NCBI GenBank assembly: GCA_041577295.1
Contig: JBFGJG010000003.1
Span: forward strand, 145,069 to 209,068
DNA from: Gemmatimonadales bacterium
Lineage (GTDB): Bacteria; Gemmatimonadota; Gemmatimonadetes; Gemmatimonadales; GWC2-71-9
Direction of reading: 5' to 3'
DNA length: 64,000 nucleotides
Shown here: positions 8,857 through 18,967 of the stretch, one piece after another
Position numbering within the stretch: the first letter of the stretch is position 1
How the letters are laid out: the number at the start of each line of letters is the position of its first letter
Notes under the pieces: model-generated
Told to the model about the DNA's origin: nothing
Seen by the model: only the letters and a program-made list of their open reading frames with translations
Databases searched by the model: none
Made by a program: the position numbers and the translations under genes

Positions 8857-9555
8857 ATGACCTCGACACCAGGTGAGCAAAGCGTGCTCGCATTCGATCA
8901 CGTCTCCAAGGAATACGGCACGTTCGCGGCGGGTACGAAGTTCGCGCTCAAGGACGTCACCTTCGAGCTTCCGGCCGGCCGCCGGGTCGCCATCGTCGGT
9001 CGCAGTGGCAGCGGCAAGTCCACCCTCCTGCATCTCGCGGCTGGGATCGATGTACCAAGCCGCGGCCGTGTGTTGGTCAGCGGCACCGACCTCTCGACTC
9101 TGTCTGAGCGAGAGCGAACGCTGCGGCGTCGAGCGAGCGTGGGGTTGGTGTTCCAATTCTTCTACTTGCTACCGCACCTCTCGGTCTGGGAAAACGTCGC
9201 GCTGCCGGAGCTGATCGCTGGAGGGCGACCCAAACAGTTCGGCGACCGCGTCATGGAGCTCTTGGACCGTGTCAGGCTCGCCGATCGCGCGCACGACACC
9301 GTGCAGCGTCTCTCGGGTGGTGAGATGCAGCGGGTTGCCATCTGCCGCGCGATTCTGCGCAAGCCCATGCTCCTCCTGGCTGACGAACCCACGGGAAACC
9401 TCGATGACGACACGGCCGGAGATGTGATGGAGCTCATGCTCCGATTGGCCACGGACGAGGGTTCGACGCTGGTCTATGTCACGCACAGCGATGAGGCGGC
9501 CCGACTCGCCGATGCCATCTGGCACCTCCACAGCGGCGAGCTCGATACGGGGTGA
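8857..9555 (+). CDS. ABC transporter ATP-binding protein (LolD/MacB-like)
   Basis: GRSGSGKST, LSGGEMQRVAI, LADEPTGNLD, VTH. Confidence 0.93.
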   Translation: MTSTPGEQSVLAFDHVSKEYGTFAAGTKFALKDVTFELPAGRRVAIVGRSGSGKSTLLHLAAGIDVPSRGRVLVSGTDLSTLSERERTLRRRASVGLVFQFFYLLPHLSVWENVALPELIAGGRPKQFGDRVMELLDRVRLADRAHDTVQRLSGGEMQRVAICRAILRKPMLLLADEPTGNLDDDTAGDVMELMLRLATDEGSTLVYVTHSDEAARLADAIWHLHSGELDTG

Positions 9556-12077
9556 TCCGTTATCTCGTTCGTGCCATGCGGGCACAGCTCCGGGCCGGTA
9601 AGAGCCTCTATCTCCTCGCCGTGATTGGCGTCGCCCTGGGCGTCGCGTCGGTTTTGGCAATCCAGATCATCAATCGCAACGCCGTGGCGGCCTTTCGCGG
9701 GAGTGTCCGAGCCGTCAGCGGCGAATCGGATCTCACGGTGGTCGGGCAGCTCCCTACGTTTGCCGAGAGCCTCTACGTGGTGACGCTCGCGCAGGCCGGC
9801 GTGCGGCAGGCGCTGCCCATCTATCGTGTGAATGTGGCCGTGGCGGACCGCGATGGGCTCTTCCTCGAGATCGTCGGTGTCGATCTCTTTCAACCCACGG
9901 GGATTCCGCTCGACAGCGTCACTGGCGACGTCGCCGCAGCGCTGCGCACGCCAGGCTGGGTGGCCGTGACACCGGAGTTGGGTCGCGAGCTCGGCTGGCG
10001 GGTGAATACGGCCGTGGACGTGACGAGCGGCACCTCGCGCTCGCGGCTCAGGGTTGGCGCCCTGGTGGATTTCAAACGGATTGCGCCGCTGGCGAGCCGT
10101 AAGCTCGCCGTCATGGACATCGCGCAGGCCCAAGCGCTGTTCGGTACCCGGGGACAAATCAACCAAATCGATGTCGAGCTCGACCCTGGGGCCGACCGCG
10201 CGCTGGTCATGGAAACCCTCAGCCAGGCGCTCGGCCCGAGCGTGGCCGTCCTGACCCCCGGTCAGCGGGAGGAGCGGGCCGCGGGACTGATGGGTGCGTT
10301 TCGCGTGAACCTCACCGCGCTCAGCATGATCAGTCTCTTCGTGGGCCTGTTTCTGGTGTACGCGAGCACACAAGCCTCGTTGGTTCGCCGTCGCACCGAG
10401 TTCGGTGTGCTGCGCTCGCTCGGAGCCACGCAACGCCAAGTCTTTGGGTTGATCGCCCTCGAGGTCACCGTGCTGGGCGCCCTTGGCGTAGCCATCGGCA
10501 TCCCTCTCGGATATCTCGTTGCGGCGGCCAACGTCGATGTGGTCAGCAATACCCTCACCAACCTGTACCTCCTGAACGAGATCGAAGCGCTCACGCTCCC
10601 ACCGTGGCTGTTCGTGTCGGCCGCCGCCATCGGCATTGTTGGGGCTGTGCTTGGCGCGCTGTGGCCATCGCTCGACATGAGCCGGCGCGATCCCGCAGCA
10701 CTGCTCAGCGCCTTCACGCTGCATGAACGACTCGGCTCTCTTGCTGCCCCCCTCGCACTTAGTGGGGTGCTGGTGCTCGTGCTCACCGGCGGCTGGTACT
10801 GGCTGATCGGTCACGAATGGCAGCCCGCGGGTTTTGTGTTGGCCATCGGCCTCCTCGTGGGAATCCCGTTGTTGACCCCGGCGACGGTCCAGGCGCTGGC
10901 GTCGCCGACACGAGTGCGGCGGTTCTCGCTGGACTACGCCATCCGCACCCTCACCGTGCGGCTGCATGGCACATCGGTCGCGGTCGCTGCCCTTGCCGTG
11001 GCGGTCAGCATGTTGACCGGCATCACGGTCATGGTGGAGAGCTTTCGCCGGACGGTGGCGTTGTGGGTCGAGACCTCCGTCGCCGCAGACGTTTACGTCA
11101 CGACACCCACCTCGGCGCGCTCGCCAGCAGGCGCGTCGCTCGATTCGCAGGTGGTGTCCGCCGCCGCTTCGTTGGGAGGTGTGGTGAGCGTGGACCGCCT
11201 CCGCGGATTCTTGGGATACATCGGCGACCGACGGGTTTCAGTCGTGGGCGTGGACATGGGATCCGCTCTGCCGAGGGACCGGTTTCCCCTATTCAGGGGG
11301 GAGGCTGAGCGCGCGTGGCACCAAGTCCGCGAGGCGGGTGCCGTGCTCATCAGCGAGCCCCTCGCCCGCAAGGAACGACTCCAAGTGGGAGACTCCGTGA
11401 CGCTCGCCGGGCCAGAGGGCCCCCTCAACTTCGCGGTGGCCGGTGTCTACTACGACTATTCCACCGAAGCGGGAGCCGTGGCGATGGATCGGCGCACGCT
11501 CGATGCGCGCTTTGGTCCGGGCCCGATCAACAGTGTGGCACTGTATCTGGAGGAAGGCCTCGACAGCGAGCAGTTTGCCGATCGCTTGCGGCAAGCGCTC
11601 CCCGGCGTGCCGCTGCTGGTCCGGAGCAATCAGCGACTGCGTACCGAGGTGATGCGCATCTTCGACGAAACGTTTGCTATCACGCGCGTGCTTCAGGCAA
11701 TGAGTTTGCTCATCGCGGTGGCGGGCATCACGCTGACACTCCTCGTCATCGCGCGCGAACGCGTTTCGGAACTGGCGTTGTACCGGTCTTTGGGGGCCGT
11801 CCGGCACCAGATCTTCGGCCTATTCGTTGGTAAGGGGCTAATGATGGGTACCCTCGCGATCGGGTTGGGTGTGATCGGCGGTCTCCTCCTGGCCGCTGTC
11901 CTGGTTTTTGTCATCAACCGGCGGTACTTCGGGTGGACCATACAAGTCGACCTACCCCTTGGCATCCTGGCCGTCCAGATGGCCACCATCCTCGGTGCAA
12001 CGATTGTGGCGAGCATCTACCCCGCTCTGCGAGCATCCCGAACGCCTGCGACACAATTGAGCCGTGATGATCTGTAA
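9552..12077 (+). CDS. FtsX-like duplicated ABC permease
   Basis: 841 aa with two MacB/FtsX halves (RRTEFGVLRSLGAT; RERVSELALYRSLGA); ends NRRYFGWTI. Confidence 0.9.
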   Translation: MIRYLVRAMRAQLRAGKSLYLLAVIGVALGVASVLAIQIINRNAVAAFRGSVRAVSGESDLTVVGQLPTFAESLYVVTLAQAGVRQALPIYRVNVAVADRDGLFLEIVGVDLFQPTGIPLDSVTGDVAAALRTPGWVAVTPELGRELGWRVNTAVDVTSGTSRSRLRVGALVDFKRIAPLASRKLAVMDIAQAQALFGTRGQINQIDVELDPGADRALVMETLSQALGPSVAVLTPGQREERAAGLMGAFRVNLTALSMISLFVGLFLVYASTQASLVRRRTEFGVLRSLGATQRQVFGLIALEVTVLGALGVAIGIPLGYLVAAANVDVVSNTLTNLYLLNEIEALTLPPWLFVSAAAIGIVGAVLGALWPSLDMSRRDPAALLSAFTLHERLGSLAAPLALSGVLVLVLTGGWYWLIGHEWQPAGFVLAIGLLVGIPLLTPATVQALASPTRVRRFSLDYAIRTLTVRLHGTSVAVAALAVAVSMLTGITVMVESFRRTVALWVETSVAADVYVTTPTSARSPAGASLDSQVVSAAASLGGVVSVDRLRGFLGYIGDRRVSVVGVDMGSALPRDRFPLFRGEAERAWHQVREAGAVLISEPLARKERLQVGDSVTLAGPEGPLNFAVAGVYYDYSTEAGAVAMDRRTLDARFGPGPINSVALYLEEGLDSEQFADRLRQALPGVPLLVRSNQRLRTEVMRIFDETFAITRVLQAMSLLIAVAGITLTLLVIARERVSELALYRSLGAVRHQIFGLFVGKGLMMGTLAIGLGVIGGLLLAAVLVFVINRRYFGWTIQVDLPLGILAVQMATILGATIVASIYPALRASRTPATQLSRDDL

Positions 12078-13245
12078 ACGCTTCGCGTGGTGCGATCATG
12101 CCGCCGTTCGTCACGCGGTGCGCTTGCTGCTCATCACGTGGTGCGGAAGTTCGGTGCCCCCCCCACCACTCGGCGCGCAGGAATCGACGTGGCGCGCCGC
12201 TACTCCGGATTATCGCTGGTCGTTTCCACGGGACCATTGGGCGCACCCCGAGTACAAGACCGAGTGGTGGTATTTCACTGGTCACCTGGTCGATGACGCC
12301 GCTCCGGAGCGCCAATTTGGCTATCAGTTCACGTTCTTTCGCGTGGGTGTCGTTCCAGACACGCTGACGATCGAGTCCGACTGGGCGAGTCGTCATTTGG
12401 TCATGGGTCACGCAGCGCTTACCGACATCACGACAGGCCATCACGTCTTTTCCGAGCTGGTTTATCGTGCCACGCCGCTGCTTGGCGAATTTGGTGAGCC
12501 TGGTGACTCGCTGGTGGCATGGAGCCGCGCTCCCGTCGGGACCGACGGGCGGTGGTTACTCCGCTGGGATGGCGAGGGCTTCACCTTCTCGGCGCGCGAC
12601 GATGCACGCAAGATCGCAATGGATCTCAGGACCCGTCCCGACAAACCTCTGATCTTTCAGGGGCCCAATGGATACAGCCGGAAGGGCGACGGTCCCACGG
12701 CGGCCAGCCTGTATTACAGCTTCACACGACTCACGACGACGGGAACGATCGAGTTTGACGGTCGGGTGACGCGGGTACGCGGGCTGAGCTGGATGGATAA
12801 GGAGTTTGGCTCCAATCAACTCGATCCGGATCAGGCGGGCTGGGACTGGTTCAGCCTGCAGTTTGAGGATGAGCGTGAGTTGATGGTGTACCGCCTGCGC
12901 GATCCTTCCGGAGCCACCGATTACGGTCTCGGCACTCTGATCGGTGTTGATGGATCCACACGATTTCTTGGTTTGCACGACTGGGAACTCGAACCCCTCG
13001 CCGAGTGGCGCAGTCCAGCCACCTCGGCGGCCTACCCGGCAGCCTGGAAGCTTACTGTTCCGGGCGCCGACATTGCGGTCGTGATCACACCTGAGGTTGC
13101 AAACCAGGAAAACGTCAGCCGTCTGATTCCTGATTTGTTCTATTGGGAGGGCGCGGTCACGGTGCGAACGGAGGCCGGCAGATCGATCGGTCGAGGCTAT
13201 GTCGAGCTCACCGGGTATGGTACGAGGAGCCGGCCGGCCATCTAA
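12064..13245 (+). CDS. AttH/CrtC-like lipocalin-domain secreted hydrolase
   Basis: FPRDHWAHPEYKTEWWYFTG, YYSFTRL, WMDKEF, GWDWFSLQ, YWEGAV, GYVELTGY. Confidence 0.88.
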   Translation: MMICKRFAWCDHAAVRHAVRLLLITWCGSSVPPPPLGAQESTWRAATPDYRWSFPRDHWAHPEYKTEWWYFTGHLVDDAAPERQFGYQFTFFRVGVVPDTLTIESDWASRHLVMGHAALTDITTGHHVFSELVYRATPLLGEFGEPGDSLVAWSRAPVGTDGRWLLRWDGEGFTFSARDDARKIAMDLRTRPDKPLIFQGPNGYSRKGDGPTAASLYYSFTRLTTTGTIEFDGRVTRVRGLSWMDKEFGSNQLDPDQAGWDWFSLQFEDERELMVYRLRDPSGATDYGLGTLIGVDGSTRFLGLHDWELEPLAEWRSPATSAAYPAAWKLTVPGADIAVVITPEVANQENVSRLIPDLFYWEGAVTVRTEAGRSIGRGYVELTGYGTRSRPAI

Positions 13246-13526
13246 CAAACCTCAGCCCGCGCTCCCATGTTCTTTAGTCACCGTGTACCTTTCACGAGGA
13301 CGTTTTCGCGCGCCCACCGGAGCCACTTCGAGACGTCACGGGCCGGCAATCACCTCACGCAAACGGTTCGTTTTCAGACTCTGGTTTGCGGGACCCCGAT
13401 GGCACGGGATCAGGAACAAAAGCCAGGGTCTAGGCGTCTTACTAGCGGGAAGATTCGGCGGACCAGCCGAGACCGCGTGGCCGGTCGACCCGACGGCAGA
13501 GACGGAGCACGCAAGGGGGCATCGAG

Positions 13527-16500
13527 ATGGTGACATCGACTCGTTCGGTAGTGTTGGCGTTGTTCGCGGTCGGCCTGACCGGGATCACCGCCGCCGTTCC
13601 CACCGCCGAAGCCCAGTACTTCGGGCGGAACAAGGTGCAGTACGAGAGCTTCGACTTCCAGGTTCTCAAGACCGAACACTTTGACATCTACTACTACCCC
13701 GAGGAAGAGGTCGCCATTGAGTACGCCGCGCTCATGGCTGAGCGCTGGTATGCGCGGCTGTCGCGACTCCTGAACCACAAGCTCTCGGGGCGCCAGGCAC
13801 TCATTCTCTATTCGGCGCACCCCCACTTTCAGCAGACCAACGCTTTGCAGGGCGGCATCGGTGAGGGAACGGGTGGTGCAACCGAGATCCTGAAACGGCG
13901 CATCGTGCTGCCGTTTGCCGGTCCGCTGAAGGAAAGCGATCACGTCATCGGCCACGAGCTGGTGCACGCGTTTCAATTTGACGTGACGGGTGACGGCGGT
14001 GGGGTGCTGCGATCCGGGATTCCCGCTGCCGCTCGGTTGCCGCTGTGGTTCATCGAGGGGATGGCCGAGTATCTGTCGGTCGGGCCCGAGGATCCCCTGA
14101 CGGCCATGTGGATGCGAGACGCAGTGCGCAAAAAGCTTCCCGACTTTGGCAAGCTGAACGATCCGCGCTTCTTTCCCTATCGGTACGGTCAGGCGCTGTG
14201 GGCGTACGTCAGCGGCCGGTGGGGCGACGAGGTGGTTGGCCGTGTGCTCAAGGCGTCCCGCCTGACCGGCAGCGCGTCAGTCGCGTTGGGCCGTGTACTC
14301 CGCATCAACCCGGACACCTTGATCGCCGGGTGGCATCGCGCCATGAAGGAGGCGTATGAGCCGTTGATCGAGCGAACGGAGGGGCCCGAGACGTACGGAC
14401 GGCTGCTCCTCGGCGATCGAAGTGGTGATGGGTTCTACAATCTGGCCCCGGCGCTCAGTCCGGATGGGCGCAAGGTGGTCTTCTTATCCGAGCGCGACCT
14501 TTTCTCGATTGAGATGTTTCTCGCCGACGTCGAGACCGGGCAGATCGAGAAAAAGATCTTGAAGACGGCACTGGACCCCCACTTCGAGGGGCTCCAATCG
14601 ATCAATTCGGCAGGCGCGTGGGATTATACGGGCGAGCGGTTTGTGTTCGCCGCGATTGTGCGTGGACAACCGGTCTTGTCCATTCTGGATGTGGCGCGTG
14701 GCAAGGTCCAGCGGGAGATCAAGTTCCCCGCGCTTGGTGAGATTTTCAACCCAACCTGGTCGCCCGACGGCCGCTATGTGGCCTTCTCTGCAATCGTGGG
14801 CGGGCTCTCGGACATCTTTGTCTACGATCTCGAACGTGACGAGACGCGCCGCCTCACCAACGACGCTTACGCCGATCTGCAGCCGTCGTGGTCGCCGGAC
14901 GGGTCACGGATCGCCTTCGTGACCGATCGCTTCTCGATCGGGCTCACGAGCCTTCTCTTTGGCAACTATCAGCTCGGGCTGATCGATCCGGGTTCGGGCG
15001 CCATCAGTGAGGTGCCCGGCTTCCCCCGCGGCAAGCACATCAACCCGCACTGGGCGCCGGACGGGCAGAGCCTCTTCTACATCTCGGATCACAGCGGGAT
15101 CTCCAATATTTATCGCGTGGCGTTGGCCAGTGGGGAGACGACCCAGATCACCAACCTCTACACGGGGGCGAGCGGAATTACGGCGCTCAGTCCCGCGATG
15201 AGCGTGGCGACGGAGTCCGGGCAACTGGCCTTCAGCGTGTACAGTCAGGACGGGTACGACCTGTACATCATCGACGATGAGAGCAAGCTCCAGGGGAACC
15301 CAATCGAGCCGGCATTCCCCGTCAACGCTGCCCTCCTTCCACCGGAAAACCGGTTTACGAGTGACGTGAGCGAGCTGTTGGCCAACGCCTTCTTCGGGCT
15401 CCCGTCCGACACGGCGGAGTACGCCCGGAGCGAATACAACGCCGGGTTCGGACTCGACTACATTGGCCAACCCACGCTGGTGGTCGGCGCCGATCGGTTT
15501 GGGACGTTCATCGGCGGCGGGGCGTCGCTGTTCTGGAGCGACATGCTCGGCGGTCAGAATCTCGCCACCGCATTACAGATCAACGGCGGGGTCAAGGATA
15601 TCTCGGCGCTCGTGGGTTACACCAACCTCGAGAAGCGCCTGAACTGGGGCCTCGCCGCTCAGCAGATTCCTTTCCGCTCGATCTCGTTTGGCCTGTTCCG
15701 CGATTCCACCGGTGACTTCGTCGAGATTGAGCGTACCTTCCGTCAGATCAACCGCAATGTGGGCGGCACCATTGCATTCCCGTTCAACCGTTCGCAGAGA
15801 ATCGAGTTAACGGGCGGGTACACCAACGTGACCTTCGATCTCGAGGACCGACTGCGGTTCTTCGATGGGCAGACAGGGCAGTTTCTCGGAGAAGACAAGA
15901 TAGACGTGCCGCTGGACCTCAAAGCGCTCAATCTCGCTCAGAGCAGCGCCGCGCTGGTCTACGACAACTCGTTCTATGGGATCGCCAGCCCGATCCTGGG
16001 GCAGCGCTACCGACTAGAGCTCGGCGGCACGTTTGGCACGCTGAACTACTGGACGGGTTTGGTGGATGCCCGGAAGTACTTCCTCCCGGTTTGGCCGTTC
16101 ACGCTCGCCTTTCGAGTCGTGCACTTCGGTCGCTACGGCGCCGATGCGAACGCTCCCGAGCTCACCGAGTTGTTCATCGGTTGGCCCAACCTGGTGCGAG
16201 GGTACTCGTTCGGCTCCTTCGAGTTCCAAGAATGCGAACCGACACCGGATGAGTCCTGTCCAGTGTTCGATCGACTCTTTGGGACGCGCCTGGCCTTGGC
16301 CAATGCGGAGTTGCGGTTCCCACCGTTCGCGCTGTTCGCTGGCGGCGGCCTCGGCCTCTTTCCGCTCGAGCTCGCCGTGTTCGTCGACGCAGGAGTCGCG
16401 TGGCAGAGCGACGTGGCCAGCACCACCGGCATCGATGAGCGGGCGTTCTTCCTCGGTGGTGATCGGGACCCCATCACCAGCTTTGGTTTCGGGGGTCGAC

Positions 16501-16604
16501 TCAACTTGTTTGGCTTGGGCATTCTCGAGATTGACTGGGTGAAGCCGTTCCAACGCCCCATCAAGGGCTCACACGTCCAGTTTAGCTTCACCCCGGGGTT
16601 CTAA
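13527..16604 (+). CDS. Secreted gluzincin-like peptidase + TolB/PD40 beta-propeller + Omp85 (BamA/TamA-like) barrel protein
   Basis: Signal peptide; QYFGRNKVQY; HELVH...WFIEGMAEY; repeated P.WSPDG; VRGY lid motif; FVDAG; C-terminal Phe. Confidence 0.85.
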   Translation: MVTSTRSVVLALFAVGLTGITAAVPTAEAQYFGRNKVQYESFDFQVLKTEHFDIYYYPEEEVAIEYAALMAERWYARLSRLLNHKLSGRQALILYSAHPHFQQTNALQGGIGEGTGGATEILKRRIVLPFAGPLKESDHVIGHELVHAFQFDVTGDGGGVLRSGIPAAARLPLWFIEGMAEYLSVGPEDPLTAMWMRDAVRKKLPDFGKLNDPRFFPYRYGQALWAYVSGRWGDEVVGRVLKASRLTGSASVALGRVLRINPDTLIAGWHRAMKEAYEPLIERTEGPETYGRLLLGDRSGDGFYNLAPALSPDGRKVVFLSERDLFSIEMFLADVETGQIEKKILKTALDPHFEGLQSINSAGAWDYTGERFVFAAIVRGQPVLSILDVARGKVQREIKFPALGEIFNPTWSPDGRYVAFSAIVGGLSDIFVYDLERDETRRLTNDAYADLQPSWSPDGSRIAFVTDRFSIGLTSLLFGNYQLGLIDPGSGAISEVPGFPRGKHINPHWAPDGQSLFYISDHSGISNIYRVALASGETTQITNLYTGASGITALSPAMSVATESGQLAFSVYSQDGYDLYIIDDESKLQGNPIEPAFPVNAALLPPENRFTSDVSELLANAFFGLPSDTAEYARSEYNAGFGLDYIGQPTLVVGADRFGTFIGGGASLFWSDMLGGQNLATALQINGGVKDISALVGYTNLEKRLNWGLAAQQIPFRSISFGLFRDSTGDFVEIERTFRQINRNVGGTIAFPFNRSQRIELTGGYTNVTFDLEDRLRFFDGQTGQFLGEDKIDVPLDLKALNLAQSSAALVYDNSFYGIASPILGQRYRLELGGTFGTLNYWTGLVDARKYFLPVWPFTLAFRVVHFGRYGADANAPELTELFIGWPNLVRGYSFGSFEFQECEPTPDESCPVFDRLFGTRLALANAELRFPPFALFAGGGLGLFPLELAVFVDAGVAWQSDVASTTGIDERAFFLGGDRDPITSFGFGGRLNLFGLGILEIDWVKPFQRPIKGSHVQFSFTPGF

Positions 16605-16652
16605 CTCGGGAGCGGTTCGGGCTGGTTACACAACTCACAGGGCGTGATGGGG

Positions 16653-17714
16653 CTACCCGTCATGCCCTGTTTGTTTGCGCTTGGCCTCGATAACCCGGTG
16701 CACGCGTCTGGCAGCGGCGTGTAGCGGGGATACCTTCTGTTCCGCAGCCTCCGCGAAGATCTCGTCGAGCGTGGGCTCGATCCTGCGCACCCGCTCCCGC
16801 ACCTCGTCCGGGGAGTGTCCGAGCCCTAGCATCGGGAGCGCAATGGCTCCTCCAGCATTGACGACATAGTCAGGAGCATACAGGATGCCTCGCTCAAACA
16901 AGGCGTCTGCGTCCTTTGCCTCTGCCAGCTGATTATTGGCCGACCCGGCCACCACCCGGCACGCAAGCCGCGCAATGGTCGTGGCGTTGAGGACAGCACC
17001 GACGGCACAGGGCGCGAACACGTCACACGCGGTGTCGTACGCAGCGTCGGGAGCCACCACGGTTCCGCCCACTTCCCGGGCCACCTGCGCCGCGCGTTCA
17101 GTGTCCACATCGGTCACCAGCACCCGGGCCCCCTCCTCCGCCAGGTAGCGAGCTAATGGCGCCCCGACATCCCCGGCCCCCTGAACCAGCACCGTGCGTC
17201 CCTTCAAGCCGCCGCCCAGCGCGTGGCGGACCGCAGCCCGCATCCCGACCTGCACGCCGAGCGCCGTGAACGGACCCGGATCCACGGCCCGCGGTCCTCC
17301 CTGACGGGTCCCGTGCACGTATTGGCTGACGCTCCCGATCAGCGCCATGTCCTCGGGTGTAGTGCCCAAGTCCTCCCCGGTCCAGTAGGCACCGTGAAGC
17401 GATTCGAGGAGGTGCCCAAAACGTCTCAGCAACCCAGTGCGCTCAGCACCCTCGAGCTCTCGGGGGACCGCGAGCACGCTCTTCCCACCACCGTATTCAA
17501 AGCCGATGACAGCCCACTTGTACGTCATCCCCTCGGCCAACCGCATCGCGTCACGCAGTCCGTCTTCCGGCGTGCGATAGACGTGCATCCGACAGCCCCC
17601 CATGGCCGGGCCAAGTGTGGTGTCGTGCAGGGCCACGAACATCCAGCTGCTTGTTGGCTGATGGTACGAAACGAGAACGGCCTCGCCGTTCCACTGCTTG
17701 ATGAGGGTTTGCAT
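16653..17714 (-). CDS. Leu/Phe/Val (Glu/Leu/Phe/Val family) dehydrogenase
   Basis: LGPAMGGCR, GMTYKW, GGGKSV, TGEDLGT, GSANNQL, YAPDYVVNAGG; start trimmed to ATG 17714. Confidence 0.92.
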   Translation of the reverse strand: MQTLIKQWNGEAVLVSYHQPTSSWMFVALHDTTLGPAMGGCRMHVYRTPEDGLRDAMRLAEGMTYKWAVIGFEYGGGKSVLAVPRELEGAERTGLLRRFGHLLESLHGAYWTGEDLGTTPEDMALIGSVSQYVHGTRQGGPRAVDPGPFTALGVQVGMRAAVRHALGGGLKGRTVLVQGAGDVGAPLARYLAEEGARVLVTDVDTERAAQVAREVGGTVVAPDAAYDTACDVFAPCAVGAVLNATTIARLACRVVAGSANNQLAEAKDADALFERGILYAPDYVVNAGGAIALPMLGLGHSPDEVRERVRRIEPTLDEIFAEAAEQKVSPLHAAARRVHRVIEAKRKQTGHDG

Positions 17715-17813
17715 GGCCGTAAAGCTACATGTCAAAGCGGGAGCACGGAACGTGAAGGGGTGAGGTCCAACATGCGCTGGCGTGCGTAACGAGCGTCCCG
17801 TTAGACTTTGCGT

Positions 17814-18884
17814 GTGCGCTTCTTCGAGACTCGCCATCAGCGGGCGCAGATCCTCATCGGGCTGCTCGGCGTCGGCCTCCTCATTGCGATGTGGCCTTAC
17901 GTCACGGGGCTTCTTGCAGGACCGGTCCTGTTCGTCATCTTCGCGCCGTTCCATCGGTGGCTCGCCAAACGGATTCCAATCCGCGCGAGCGCTGCCATCG
18001 TCGTGGCCATCGCTGTGTTCGCGCTCGTCGTCCCGGGGCTTTCGGTCGCCGGCCTGGTCGTCAACGAGGCCCGGCAAGTTGCCACTGGGCTGCTCAACAG
18101 CCCGGTGTTCGCTCAACTTGCCGAACTCAGGATCGGCGAGTTGCAGGTCGGACCTCGCCTCGCTGGTTTTGGGGAACGGATTGTAACATGGCTGGGCGAG
18201 AGCGCGTTCGATCTCATCGGGACCGCCACCAAGCTGGCCCTCAACATCACCATCGCCATCTTCGCGCTGTACTTCCTCCTGGTGTACCCTGGCGACGCCT
18301 GGCGGACGGTCGCTCCCTACGTCCCCTTTTCTGCCGAGAACACGGAACGGCTGCGCAAGCGCTTCGAGGACGTCACCAACTCGACGTTGATCGGTACCGG
18401 GTTCACGGCCATCGTGCAGGGGATCCTCATCGGGATCGCCTTCGCGTGGGCGGGGCTCCCCAGCGCAGTCTTCTGGGGCACGGTGACGGCGGTGTTTGCC
18501 ATTCTGCCGATCGTGGGCAGTGGTCTCATTTGGGGCCCGGGAGCTCTCGCGCTGTTTCTGAGCGGACGGTACGCCGCGGCGGTGGCCCTGGGGCTGTGGG
18601 GCCTGATCGTCGTTGCCTCCGTCGACAACGTAATCCGGCCGTTCGTGTACAACCGCTGGGCACGAATTCACCCGCTCGTTACGCTCGTCGGTGCGCTGGC
18701 CGGTATCCGCTTCTTCGGCATCCTAGGCCTGCTCATCGGCCCACTGGCTTTGTCGTATTTCTTCGAGTTCATTCGCATGTATCGTGCGGAATACATTGCG
18801 AGGGAACCAGATGCGGAACCCATCCAGTTAGCTGACGCCGATTCAGTAACGGCCGGAATCGACAGCAGCGTGGGAAGGTCGTAG
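17814..18884 (+). CDS. AI-2E family transporter
   Basis: Multi-TM; LPIVGSGLIWGP, VDNVIRP, IHPL, FFGILGLLIGP. Confidence 0.9.
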   Translation: MRFFETRHQRAQILIGLLGVGLLIAMWPYVTGLLAGPVLFVIFAPFHRWLAKRIPIRASAAIVVAIAVFALVVPGLSVAGLVVNEARQVATGLLNSPVFAQLAELRIGELQVGPRLAGFGERIVTWLGESAFDLIGTATKLALNITIAIFALYFLLVYPGDAWRTVAPYVPFSAENTERLRKRFEDVTNSTLIGTGFTAIVQGILIGIAFAWAGLPSAVFWGTVTAVFAILPIVGSGLIWGPGALALFLSGRYAAAVALGLWGLIVVASVDNVIRPFVYNRWARIHPLVTLVGALAGIRFFGILGLLIGPLALSYFFEFIRMYRAEYIAREPDAEPIQLADADSVTAGIDSSVGRS

Positions 18885-18967
18885 GCCTGTTCCCAGGGCC
18901 GGGAAGCACCGCTTCCTGTTTCGTGCAACACGCTCAGATTTCAGCAGACACTCGATACGAGCGCGGC

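Noticed and set aside
9474..10967. 497-aa minus-strand ORF; similar long shadows at 55930-57138, 61485-62429 and 50793-52067
   Set aside because: They overlap well-supported genes, have no recognisable motifs and are expected in high-GC DNA.
13400..13414. TGGCACG sigma54-like box upstream of the Omp85 gene
   Set aside because: No GC at the -12 position (TGGCACGGGATCAGG).
17715..18671. Apparent 318-aa N-terminal extension of the Leu/Phe/Val dehydrogenase (672-aa ORF)
   Set aside because: It is the antisense of the AI-2E transporter; dehydrogenase homology begins at ATG 17714. Not a fusion.
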